Source: an uncultured Chloroflexia bacterium
GTDB taxonomy: Bacteria; Chloroflexota; Limnocylindria; QHBO01
Length of the DNA stretch: 64,000 nucleotides
Reading direction: 5' to 3'
NCBI GenBank assembly: GCA_963805645.1
Contig: CAWDVA010000008.1
Span: 41,748-105,747, forward strand
Positions within the stretch are counted from its first letter, which is position 1, and every line of letters begins with the position of its first letter. Shown here piece after piece: positions 47,468 through 56,300 of the stretch. Under the pieces are notes generated by a model. The model did not search any database and was not told the DNA's origin. It was given only the letters and a program-made list of their open reading frames with translations. The position numbers were made by a program, and so were the translations under genes.

Positions 47468-49513
47468 ATGGGACTGGCGAGACGGATCGGGCTGGGTCTG
47501 GCGGCCCGCGGCGAGGTGGACGAGGTGGTGGCCTGGAGCTGGGAGGCGCGCCGCGCCGGCCTGGACTCCGTCTGGATCCATGACTCGTACTTCGAGCGCG
47601 ACGCGGTCTCCTACGTCTCGGCCATTGCGTCCGAGCTGGGGGCCGATGAGCGTGACGACGGCTTCCGCATCGCGCTGGGGGCAGTCAACCCGTTCACCCG
47701 CCACCCGGTGGTGCTGGCCATGACCGGATCGGCCCTTGACGAGATGGCGCCGGGCCGGATCGTCATGGGCATGGGCACCGGGCTGCCCCTGCGTCTCAAG
47801 CAGATGGGCATCCCCTATTCGCCGCACGACGCCGTGGCCCAGGTCAGCCGGGCCATGGACCAGATCCACACCCTGTGGGCCGGCGAGCGCCTGCCGTCGG
47901 CGACGGAGGGGCTGCCGCCTATCCAGCCCATGTTCGCCCCGCCGCACCGGATTCCCATCGTCATCGCCGCGTACCGCAAGGAGTTCGTGGCCCTCGCCGG
48001 CGAGAAGGCAGACGGCTACCTGGCGCGGCCGGCGGAGTCCATCAACTCGCTGCGCGGCATCATCGAGCGCCTGCGCCGCTCCGAGGCCGATGCGGGCCGC
48101 GAGGCGGGCACGGTCGAGACGGCGGGGTACCTGCTCTCGCTCGTTGACAACAGCCGCCGCGAGGCCCTGAACCGCGCCAAGCGCGAGCCGTTCGTGATCT
48201 ACATGATGAGCGTGCTCTCGGATATCTCCCTCGCGCGCGCGGGCTTCGAACGCGAGCTGCGCGACCGGATCGCCGCCGCCTGGCGCGCGGAGGAGTTCCA
48301 CACCGCCGCGGGCCTCATCCCCGATGAGCTGCTCGACGCGTTCATGCTGTGCGGGACGCGCGACCAGGTCGCGACCGGTGCCCTCGCCTTCCACGAGGAG
48401 ACGGGCCTCGACCTGCCGCTCCTGCAGCCGGTGGTGCAGGAGGAGGCGCAGGTCACGGCTTTGCTCGATGCCGCCGGGATCTACGCACGCGTTCCGCAGG
48501 GCGCCGGACAGGCAGCGCCTGCCCCCGGCGCGACCGACCTCGGCGAGCCCGGCCCGGCGGCGCCGGTCGCGGGGCCGGAGATGACCGACCTGCGCAGCCC
48601 CTGGGAGCGCGTCCGTCGCCGGGTCGCCGCGATCTACGAGATCGCCCGGCCGTTCGCCTACACGGCATCGGTGATCCCGGTCGCAGCCGGTGGCGCGCTG
48701 GCCTGGGTCGACGGTCGCTTCAACCTGCCGCTCTTCCTGGCGGCCCTCGCCGGCGGCGTCCTGTTGCACACCGGCACGAACATCGTCAACGAGATCTACG
48801 ACGTCCGCCACGGGATCGACGCCATCACCTCGCCACGCGCCAGCCACGCCATCGTCAAGGGCCGGATCAGCGAGTCCGCGGCCTACCGCATCGCGATCTT
48901 CGCCTTCGCCCTGGCCACGATCGTCGGTGTCGGGCTCATCGCCGCACGGGGCTGGCCGATCGCGGTGCTCGGGCTGGTCGGCCTCGCCGGCGGCTACTTC
49001 TACACGGCCCCGCCGTTCCAGTACAAGTTCCGCGCGCTCGGAGTGCCGCTCGTCTTCCTGCAGATGGGTCCGCTGATGACCGTCGGCGGCTACTACGCGG
49101 TCTCGGGCACCTGGTCGCCGATCGCACTCGTGCTCTCGATTCCCATCGGGCTGCTGGTGGCCGCGATCCTCCACGGCAACGAGTGGCGGGACATCAGCGA
49201 GGACACGCGGGCCGGGATCGCGACCCTCTCGAGCGAGATCGGCCGGACCTGGGCGCACTACTCGTACCTCGGCCTGACGCTGGGTGCCTACATCACCCTG
49301 GGGCTCGCCGTGGCCTTCGGCGCTCTCCCTCCCGCGACCCTGGTGGCCATCCTGTCGCTCCCGCTCCTCGTCATCGTCCTGCGCTCCGCGGAGCTGGGAG
49401 CGAGCGGCCAGGCGCGGGCCATCGCGATGATCGACCTCCAGACCGCGCGGCTCCACGAGACGTTCGGGGCGCTGCTGATCGTCGGCCTGCTGCTCAGCGT
49501 TCTCTTCCGATGA
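47468..49513 (+). CDS. fusion: luciferase-like (LLM/F420-type) oxidoreductase + UbiA-family (MenA-like) prenyltransferase
   Basis: A 681-aa uninterrupted ORF. The N-terminal ~340 aa are LLM-like (GLDSVWIHDSYFERD...MGMGTG...). After an Ala/Pro linker, the C-terminal ~300 aa carry 8-9 TM helices with NEIYDVRHGID and NEWRDISED Asp-rich motifs. An in-frame ATG at 48581 could also give a stand-alone UbiA product. Confidence 0.8.
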   Translation: MGLARRIGLGLAARGEVDEVVAWSWEARRAGLDSVWIHDSYFERDAVSYVSAIASELGADERDDGFRIALGAVNPFTRHPVVLAMTGSALDEMAPGRIVMGMGTGLPLRLKQMGIPYSPHDAVAQVSRAMDQIHTLWAGERLPSATEGLPPIQPMFAPPHRIPIVIAAYRKEFVALAGEKADGYLARPAESINSLRGIIERLRRSEADAGREAGTVETAGYLLSLVDNSRREALNRAKREPFVIYMMSVLSDISLARAGFERELRDRIAAAWRAEEFHTAAGLIPDELLDAFMLCGTRDQVATGALAFHEETGLDLPLLQPVVQEEAQVTALLDAAGIYARVPQGAGQAAPAPGATDLGEPGPAAPVAGPEMTDLRSPWERVRRRVAAIYEIARPFAYTASVIPVAAGGALAWVDGRFNLPLFLAALAGGVLLHTGTNIVNEIYDVRHGIDAITSPRASHAIVKGRISESAAYRIAIFAFALATIVGVGLIAARGWPIAVLGLVGLAGGYFYTAPPFQYKFRALGVPLVFLQMGPLMTVGGYYAVSGTWSPIALVLSIPIGLLVAAILHGNEWRDISEDTRAGIATLSSEIGRTWAHYSYLGLTLGAYITLGLAVAFGALPPATLVAILSLPLLVIVLRSAELGASGQARAIAMIDLQTARLHETFGALLIVGLLLSVLFR

Positions 49514-50193
49514 GCGCCGAACACCCGCGGCGAGCGCCTTCGCCGGCGCTCGCCGCGCTGGGCCTGGGCCTGGCCCAGGCGGCCTTCGCCCTGACCTTCC
49601 GAGGGCCGCGGTCCCGGTTCTGGCAGCGGATGACGGCCACCGGGCTGACGCTGGGTGGTCTGGCGCTCGCCACGAGCCGCGACGCCCGCGAGGTGCGGTT
49701 CGGCCCGCGCGAGGTGGCCCTGGGGCTTGCGTCGGCGGCGACGCTGTATGCAACCTTCCAGGTCGGCGACCGGTTCGCGCGGCGCTTCGTCCCTGGTGGC
49801 GATGCGCAGATCGGCGACATCTACACGTTGCGCGGGCTGCGGCCGCGTCCCGAGATCGCCGCGCGGTTGGCAGCCGTCATCGGTCCGGCGGAGGAGCTCT
49901 TCTGGCGCGGCTTCGTCCAGCCCGCCTTCGCGGCCCGAGCCGGTCGCTGGCGAGGGGCGGCCGCGGCTGCGGCCGCCTATGCGGGGGTCCACGTGGTCAC
50001 GGGCAACTTCACCCTCTTCGGGGCCGCGGGGGTGGCCGGTGCCCACTGGTCTGCCCTGCGTGCCGCGGGCATGCCCATGGGCGCGCTGATCGTCAGCCAC
50101 GTGGCCTGGGACATCTGGATCTTCCTGGTGCAGCCGACGGAGCCCGCCGGTCCCCAAGTGCGGCCGCCGGCCCCCGCGCCCATCGCAGGCTGA
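49510..50193 (+). CDS. CPBP-family intramembrane glutamic endopeptidase (CAAX protease-like)
   Basis: C-terminal part of ORF 48349..50193, from an ATG that overlaps the upstream stop (ATGA). EELFWRGF motif and HVAWD motif. Multiple TM helices. Confidence 0.75.
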   Translation: MSAEHPRRAPSPALAALGLGLAQAAFALTFRGPRSRFWQRMTATGLTLGGLALATSRDAREVRFGPREVALGLASAATLYATFQVGDRFARRFVPGGDAQIGDIYTLRGLRPRPEIAARLAAVIGPAEELFWRGFVQPAFAARAGRWRGAAAAAAAYAGVHVVTGNFTLFGAAGVAGAHWSALRAAGMPMGALIVSHVAWDIWIFLVQPTEPAGPQVRPPAPAPIAG

Positions 50194-50206
50194 GTCCGGA
50201 AGGCGT

Positions 50207-50692
50207 TCAGCCCGTTGCGGGCGTGTGCTCCAGCAGGGTCATGCTGAAGACGATGGCCCCGTGGATCTCCTGTTCGAGTCGGACCGGCTGGCCGGGGAGA
50301 TCTCGCGCGAACCAGAAGCGCCAGGTGCCATCCTCATCTCGGCGGGCGTACCGCAGACAGTCGAAGGTGCCTGCCGGAAGGTGGATCGCCTCTTCCCCGC
50401 GGACCGTGCTCGCCCGCGGGAACGAGGCGTGCTCCTGGAGCTCGAGCCATGTCGAACGGCGGCGTTCCGGCTCGCCAAGGGCCTGGCCGTCTGGATCCTC
50501 CACCCACGCCTCCTGCTCGCTCCACTCGGCGTCGGCCGAGACGTAGCGCACGACCCGGACCGCCGGATCGGCTCCGGCGCGCTCCACGCGGAACCGCAGC
50601 GTGCGGCCGGGCCGGCAGGCGTCGCGGATCTCCGCCGCCGTGAACGGCGTCGGAAGGTGGTCGGGGTAGAGCTGGTGCGGATCGGCGTCCAT
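50207..50692 (-). CDS. hypothetical protein
   Basis: 161 aa with normal amino-acid composition. Start overlaps the stop of the upstream methyltransferase gene by 1 nt. No family recognised. Confidence 0.55.
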   Translation of the reverse strand: MDADPHQLYPDHLPTPFTAAEIRDACRPGRTLRFRVERAGADPAVRVVRYVSADAEWSEQEAWVEDPDGQALGEPERRRSTWLELQEHASFPRASTVRGEEAIHLPAGTFDCLRYARRDEDGTWRFWFARDLPGQPVRLEQEIHGAIVFSMTLLEHTPATG

Positions 50693-52071
50693 CAGCGCCA
50701 GTCGGGTATCGGCGGCGCATCCGACGAGCCGTCCGCCCGCGGCAGGGCCAGCAGCTGCTGGTGGACGTCGAGGCTGGCGGTCTCGAAGCCGATGGTGGCG
50801 CCCGCCATGTAGAGGCGCCAGGTCCGCGCCACCGTCTCCCCGCCGGCCGCGACCGCCTCGTCCCAGCGGCGCTCGAGATTGGCCACCCAGTGGCGCAGGG
50901 TGCGCGCGTAATGAGGTCGCAGCGACTCCACGTGCCGCACCTCGAATCCCGCTCCCTGTGCGGCGGTGAGCATCACCGGCAGCGGCAGCAGCTCGCCGTC
51001 GGGGAAGACATACGCGTCGACGAACGAGCGGCGACCGGCCACCCTGCCCAGCGGCCCGGGGAGCAGACCGCCGCCGGCCGGAGCCATCCGCGCCGGCTGG
51101 GCGGTGATGGCGTGGTTCAGGAACAGCCCCCCGGGCTCGAGGCAGTCGTGCGCCGCTGCGAAGTAGGCGGGCATCCGCCGTTCGCCTACGTGCTCCGCCA
51201 TGCCGATGCTGGCGACGCGGTCGAACTGCCCCAGCGAGGCAGGCGCATCGCGGTAGTCCATCAGCTCGACGCGCAGCCGGTTGCCGAAGCCGGCGGCCGC
51301 GATGCGCTCCTCCGCGAGGGTCTGCTGGTGCTGGGCGAGGGTGATACCGACCGCCGTCAGCGCCGGGAAGCGCTCGGCAGCGCGGATGAGGAGGCCGCCC
51401 CAGCCACAGCCGATGTCCAGCAGTCGCATGCCGTCGCGGACGCCGAGCTTGTCGAGGACCAGGTCCAGCTTCGCCTCCTGGGCTTCGTCGAGCGACGCGT
51501 CATCGGTGCGGAAGTAGGCGCAGCTGTAGACCATCCGCTCCCCGAGCCAGAGCGCGTAGAACTCGTTGCCGACGTCGTAGTGGAAGCGGACGGCCTGGCT
51601 GTCGCGCGTCGCCGAATGCCGCTCGCCCCCGAGCACCGCGGCGACGCGTCCGTCCTGGGGCGCCGGGGCATCGTGGAGCTCGCGGAGCCGCAGCGCCATC
51701 CGTCCCCAGTCGGCGGCGCTCAGCGGCAGCTCGCCGATGCGGTCCGGCAGCGACGCGAAAGCGAGGATGTCGCCGTCGACGTCGAAGTCGCCATGGACGA
51801 ACGCTTCACCGATGGCGAGGTCTGTGGGCGGCAGGAGCATCCGCCGCAGGGCTCCGGGGCGCCTGATCACGAGGGTGAAGCGCGGGTCCGCGGTCGATGG
51901 CGCCCGGAACCCACGTCCGTCCCAGAATCGGATCGCGAAGTCCCGCCGATCGCCGATCGCCGCGAGCATGGGGGCGATGGCGCGCGCCGCCTGGGTTACC
52001 CGGGGATCCGCGGTCGGCACCGGGTTCGGCGCCGCCTGGGCGCGGGAAGACGACTCGAGTGCTGCGGTCAT
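50692..52071 (-). CDS. cyclopropane-fatty-acyl-phospholipid synthase family SAM-dependent methyltransferase
   Basis: 459 aa. HYDVGNEFYALWLGERMVYSCAYF and the SAM motif LLDIGCGWGGL. Confidence 0.85.
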   Translation of the reverse strand: MTAALESSSRAQAAPNPVPTADPRVTQAARAIAPMLAAIGDRRDFAIRFWDGRGFRAPSTADPRFTLVIRRPGALRRMLLPPTDLAIGEAFVHGDFDVDGDILAFASLPDRIGELPLSAADWGRMALRLRELHDAPAPQDGRVAAVLGGERHSATRDSQAVRFHYDVGNEFYALWLGERMVYSCAYFRTDDASLDEAQEAKLDLVLDKLGVRDGMRLLDIGCGWGGLLIRAAERFPALTAVGITLAQHQQTLAEERIAAAGFGNRLRVELMDYRDAPASLGQFDRVASIGMAEHVGERRMPAYFAAAHDCLEPGGLFLNHAITAQPARMAPAGGGLLPGPLGRVAGRRSFVDAYVFPDGELLPLPVMLTAAQGAGFEVRHVESLRPHYARTLRHWVANLERRWDEAVAAGGETVARTWRLYMAGATIGFETASLDVHQQLLALPRADGSSDAPPIPDWR

Positions 52072-52131
52072 GTGCGCATCCTCGCCCGGAGGCGCGCGAG
52101 TGTCCAGCGTGCCATTCCCGTGCCGCAGGCG

Positions 52132-52641
52132 TCACCACGCCTCGGTGCCGGGCTCGCCCTTGAACGGACCGACCACCTCGCTCGTGATCCAGCCGCCGTA
52201 GTAGCGCCCCGGCTGAGGCCGCACCCGCTCGCCGGCCACCCGGCAGTCGTCCACCCGGGATGCGTAGAAGGCGATCGCGCCGCGGATCACCCCGTAGGCC
52301 GGCGACGGGTCCGGGTAGCTCCATGCCGCCCGCGGGATGCGTGTCCCGCCGATGACCAGGTCGAAGTGCTCCGCGATGCCCTTCCATTCACAGAAGGTCC
52401 GGTGGCCCGATGGTAGGAGGAGATCCACTCGGACATCGTCGGGCGGCAGGTACCAGCAGGGCGGACCGGCCGTTTCCAGCACCCGGTGCGCGCGCCGAGA
52501 GCGGGCGATCACGATGCCCGCGTGCGCGACCTGGACCTCCCTGCCGTCCGCGACGACGGCCGGGGGTCGGGGATAGTCCCAGACCGATTCCTGCCCGGGT
52601 CCGGGTGCCGTCCGTTCGGGCCGGGGTGGGTGCTCGTTCAT
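52132..52641 (-). CDS. DUF427-domain protein
   Basis: 169 aa. YLPPDDV...T.CEWKG.A.HFD...AWSYPDP is characteristic of DUF427. ATGA overlap with the upstream gene. Confidence 0.8.
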   Translation of the reverse strand: MNEHPPRPERTAPGPGQESVWDYPRPPAVVADGREVQVAHAGIVIARSRRAHRVLETAGPPCWYLPPDDVRVDLLLPSGHRTFCEWKGIAEHFDLVIGGTRIPRAAWSYPDPSPAYGVIRGAIAFYASRVDDCRVAGERVRPQPGRYYGGWITSEVVGPFKGEPGTEAW

Positions 52642-54032
52642 CTCGGTCCACTCCGTCGTCGCCCACGGCCGGGGCCCTCGCGGAGCGGTGCGAGGATCGC
52701 CTCGGCGCGATCACGCGTCTCGGCGTTGTCGAAGACGAGGCGTGCATCGCTACCGAACCAGTGCAGCCAGAGCGCGGGCCGTCGGCTCCGCACGGTGTGG
52801 ACCATCCCCCGATCGAGATTGGTCATGGCGCCGCCGGTCGATGGGAGCCCGATCTCGTACGGCCCCGCCGGGAGGTCGAGGCGCAGCCGCGGGCCCATGC
52901 CGCGATCCGGTTCCAGGCTGCCGGGAAGATCCTCGACGTCGAGGGGTCCGCCGCGCGTCCGCGAGAGCCTGCCGCTCACGCGGGCGGAGACCGGCGCCGG
53001 CTCGGCCGGCGGCTCGGGCGTGGACGGACCGGTGACCGGCGCGCGCTCGAGCTCGAAGACCGGGTACCCGACCCGGCGTCCAACCAGGAGCAGCGCTGCG
53101 AGCACCAGCAGGAGGAGGGGCGCCAGCCACAGGCGATCGACGGGGAGCCGCGGGTCGTGGTCGAGGTAGGCGAACTCCAGGACGTTGGCCCAGCCCAGGA
53201 GCCGCGACACCCACGGCAGGGTCAGCAGGCTCTGCAGCTCCGCCTGCGCCCGGACCTGGCGCCCCACCACGTGGATCGGGGTGTCGGACGCCGGATAGGT
53301 GGTCTGGAACAGCAGTGGGCGCCGGCCGTCATCGGTCACCAGCTGCAGGAATCCCCCGCCGCCAACGGCGAGGCTGCGGACGTTGCAGGCGGATGCGGCC
53401 GCATCGGCGGTTGACCCCGCTGCCTCGCAGGTCGCGATGCCGACGCCGGGGAACCCCAGGTGGATGCGGACCAGGGTCCCGGCGTCCAGCCCCGCCAGGT
53501 CGGTGGCGGAGCCGACCGAGCGGATGCTCCCCTCGGGCGACGGCTCCTCGGCGAGGTAGCGGCCGGCGGTGTCGGTCAGGTCGCCAGGCAGCCAGCCGTG
53601 GCGCTCCAGCGCGGCGCGGGCATTGGCCACCTGGCCCGGATCGATCAGCACGCGCGCGACGACGGTGCGATCCTCGAACCCGCCGGGCGGGACGGGGGAG
53701 CGCACCAGGGCCACCCGCGCATCGGCGAGGCTGTCGCGGACCGCGTAGTACCAGGTGGGATCGCCCGATGCACTTGGTGGTGCATCGAGCGGGACGCGGA
53801 AGGCCAGCGCGTCGACCTCCAGGAGGGACACGTCGGTGCCGGTCAGGCGGTCGACGAAGTCGCCGGCCGAGGTGCGGGTAACGATGAGCTCGGCGCCCGC
53901 CTGGAAGGCCGGGATGGTGGAGACCACCACGAGCAGCCCGACAAGGGCGGGAACGACGCTCGGTCGGGGATCGGTCCGCCGTCGTGAGCCGACCAGGATG
54001 GCGATGAGCGAGGCCGCGGCGAGGACTGCCAC
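52638..54032 (-). CDS. membrane-associated hypothetical protein (N-terminus unresolved)
   Basis: 464-aa ORF from GTG 54032, with TM helices near both ends of a large soluble region. The same frame stays open and coding-like up to about 54275 without any ATG, GTG or TTG. Confidence 0.55.
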   Translation of the reverse strand: MAVLAAASLIAILVGSRRRTDPRPSVVPALVGLLVVVSTIPAFQAGAELIVTRTSAGDFVDRLTGTDVSLLEVDALAFRVPLDAPPSASGDPTWYYAVRDSLADARVALVRSPVPPGGFEDRTVVARVLIDPGQVANARAALERHGWLPGDLTDTAGRYLAEEPSPEGSIRSVGSATDLAGLDAGTLVRIHLGFPGVGIATCEAAGSTADAAASACNVRSLAVGGGGFLQLVTDDGRRPLLFQTTYPASDTPIHVVGRQVRAQAELQSLLTLPWVSRLLGWANVLEFAYLDHDPRLPVDRLWLAPLLLLVLAALLLVGRRVGYPVFELERAPVTGPSTPEPPAEPAPVSARVSGRLSRTRGGPLDVEDLPGSLEPDRGMGPRLRLDLPAGPYEIGLPSTGGAMTNLDRGMVHTVRSRRPALWLHWFGSDARLVFDNAETRDRAEAILAPLREGPGRGRRRSGPR

Positions 54033-54315
54033 CGCCCACGGCAGGTAGATGCTGAAGTCGCTGAAGGCCGAGGGGGCCAGCGCCAGCCCGCCAATGATGA
54101 GCGCCGTCGCCAGGAGGCCGGCCGCGAGCGGCGCTGCACGGCGCGCCGCGGGTGCCGCCCCGCCGAAGGCGATGTCGACGAGGGCGTCGATCCCGCGCGG
54201 CAGGGCGCCGAGGAGCGTCCGCAGACGGATGATGAGCGTGGCCTCCGCTGGAGCAGGTCCAGTAGGTACTAGGCGGCGCGACGCCGTCGGGGTTCACACC
54301 ACGGTGCGGCGATCC

Positions 54316-54735
54316 TCAGCCGAGCGACCAGTCGGTGCCGTCCCAGTATGCATGCAGCAGGTCGCCCTGGGTGCCGCGCGCGAAGACGTCGATGCGGTCC
54401 GGTCCCCAGGAGCAGGCGGCCGGGTCGGAGGCGAGTGAGCCGCCGAGCGACTCCCAGGGCTGCCAGCCGTCCGGCTGGTACCAGCGGTGCCACAGCGCGC
54501 CGTCCCGGCCGCGCGCGAACAGGTCGATCCGCTCGGCGCCCCACGAGCACGCGGCCGGATCTCCGCTCAGCTCCCCGCCCAGGGGCTCCCAGTCGTGCCA
54601 TCGGCTCCCGTCCCAGTACCGGTTCCAGAGCTGGCCGTCGGCGAAGATGGCGAACACCTGCATCTCGTTCTCGGCCCATGTGGTGACCGCCGGCGCCGAG
54701 ACCGGCGCACCCCCGAGTGACTCCCAATCGCTCAC
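54316..54735 (-). CDS. three-repeat beta-propeller-blade protein (tectonin/PLL-lectin-like, DUF346-type repeats)
   Basis: ORF 54316..54918 trimmed to GTG 54735 (GGAAAGGAG RBS, 5-nt spacer). Three ~46-aa repeats, each starting WE(S/P)LGG and containing ...DPAACSWG..RID(L/V)FARG. Confidence 0.6.
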   Translation of the reverse strand: MSDWESLGGAPVSAPAVTTWAENEMQVFAIFADGQLWNRYWDGSRWHDWEPLGGELSGDPAACSWGAERIDLFARGRDGALWHRWYQPDGWQPWESLGGSLASDPAACSWGPDRIDVFARGTQGDLLHAYWDGTDWSLG

Positions 54736-54829
54736 GTGGACTCCTTTCCGGTGTGGACCGATCGCATCGTACCCGGGCGGTGACGATCGGCAGCTTCGAG
54801 CGCGCCGATGGAGGGGTAGAGTCCTCAGC

Positions 54830-56209
54830 ATGCCTGACTGGAAGACGATCATCGAGCCGTTCCGGATCAAGAGCGTCGAGCCGATCCGGATGACGACCCC
54901 GGAGGAGCGCCAGGCCAAGCTCGAAGCGGCCGGCTACAACATCTTCAACCTCCACTCCGATGACGTGCTCATCGACCTCCTGACCGACTCCGGGACGGGC
55001 GCGATGTCGTCCGCGCAGTGGGCCGGGATCCAGCGCGGCGATGAGTCCTACGCGGGGTCGCCGTCCTGGTATCGCTTCCTGGCCGCCGTCCAGGAGCTGT
55101 TCCCGTTCAAGCACGTGATCCCCACCCACCAGGGTCGCGCGGCGGAGAAGATCCTCTTCACCGTGGTGGGCGGCCCCGGCAAGGTGGTGCCCTCCAACAC
55201 GCACTTCGATACGACCCGCGCCAACGTGGAGCACTCGGGCGCGGAGGCGGTGGACGTGGTCATCGAGGAGGGGCGGCATCCGGCCACCATCCACCCGTTC
55301 AAGGGCAACGTGGACGTGGACGCGCTCGATGCCCTCATCCGCGAGCGCGGCCCGGAGAACGTGCCGGTGGTGATGGTCACCGTCACGAACAACTCGGGCG
55401 GGGGACAGCCGGTCAGCCTGGAGAACCTGCGCGCGGTGCGCGAGGTGTGTGACCGATACGGGCTGCCGCTCTTCCTCGACGCATGCCGCTTCGCGGAGAA
55501 CGCCTGGTTCATCAAGCAGCGCGAGCCTGGCTACGCCGATGTCCCGGTTCGCGAGATCGTGCGCCAGATGGCGGCCTGCGCCGATGGCATGACCATGTCG
55601 GCCAAGAAGGACGCCATCGCCAACATCGGCGGCTGGCTGGCGATGAACGACGATGCCTGGGCCGAGCAGTGCCGGAACATGCTGATCCTGACGGAGGGCT
55701 TCCCGACCTACGGCGGCCTGGCGGGCCGCGACCTGGAGGCCATCGCCCAGGGCCTGTCGGAGGTCGTCGAGGAGGACTACCTCCGGTACCGGATCCGATC
55801 GACCGCGTACCTGGGCGACGCGCTGGTCAGCTCCGGCGTTCCGTGCGTGCAGCCCATCGGCGGACACGCGGTCTACATCGATGCCGCCGCCCTGCTCCCG
55901 CACATCCCGCCACTGGAGTACCCGGGCCAGTCACTCGCCGTGGAGCTCTACCGCGAGGGCGGCATCCGGGGTTGCGAGATCGGGACGGTCATGTTCGGCA
56001 TGCACCCCGACGGGACGGAGTCGCCGGCGACCATGGAGCTGGTGCGCCTCGCCATCCCGCGGCGGGTCTACACCCAGTCGCACATCGACTACGTGATCGA
56101 GGTGGTCCAGGCGGTCGCTGTCCGGGCCGGGGAGCTGCGCGGGATGCGGATCGTCCAGCAGCCCGCGGCGCTGCGCCACTTCACGGCGCGCTTCGAGCCG
56201 CTCGTCTGA
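54830..56209 (+). CDS. beta-eliminating lyase (tryptophanase / tyrosine phenol-lyase family)
   Basis: C-terminal part of ORF 54335..56209, from MPDWKTIIEPFRIKSVEPI. DLLTDSGTGAMS, PTHQGRAAE, the PLP-Lys block MSAKKDAIANIGG, and RHFTARFEP. Confidence 0.88.
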   Translation: MPDWKTIIEPFRIKSVEPIRMTTPEERQAKLEAAGYNIFNLHSDDVLIDLLTDSGTGAMSSAQWAGIQRGDESYAGSPSWYRFLAAVQELFPFKHVIPTHQGRAAEKILFTVVGGPGKVVPSNTHFDTTRANVEHSGAEAVDVVIEEGRHPATIHPFKGNVDVDALDALIRERGPENVPVVMVTVTNNSGGGQPVSLENLRAVREVCDRYGLPLFLDACRFAENAWFIKQREPGYADVPVREIVRQMAACADGMTMSAKKDAIANIGGWLAMNDDAWAEQCRNMLILTEGFPTYGGLAGRDLEAIAQGLSEVVEEDYLRYRIRSTAYLGDALVSSGVPCVQPIGGHAVYIDAAALLPHIPPLEYPGQSLAVELYREGGIRGCEIGTVMFGMHPDGTESPATMELVRLAIPRRVYTQSHIDYVIEVVQAVAVRAGELRGMRIVQQPAALRHFTARFEPLV

Positions 56210-56277
56210 CCGGGCGCGAAGCCAGGGTGAGCTCTGCGGCCGGGGTGATCGCACACCAGCAATGGTGCCGCGGGGAA

Positions 56278-56294
56278 CCGGGGCCACGCCCCGG
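56278..56294. terminator. GC hairpin CCGGGGC-CAC-GCCCCGG between convergent genes
   Basis: A 7-bp perfect stem between the lyase gene end (56209) and the sppA gene end (56301). No U-tract. Confidence 0.3.
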
Positions 56295-56300
56295 CGGGCG

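Noticed and set aside
47417-49753. 778-aa minus-strand ORF (likewise 11715..14096 minus, 793 aa, and 35917..37125 minus, 402 aa)
   Set aside because: These are shadow ORFs antisense to the LLM-UbiA fusion, the antiporter/septum-family genes and the ArsR-SRPBCC gene respectively. Their Arg/Pro-rich composition has no family resemblance.
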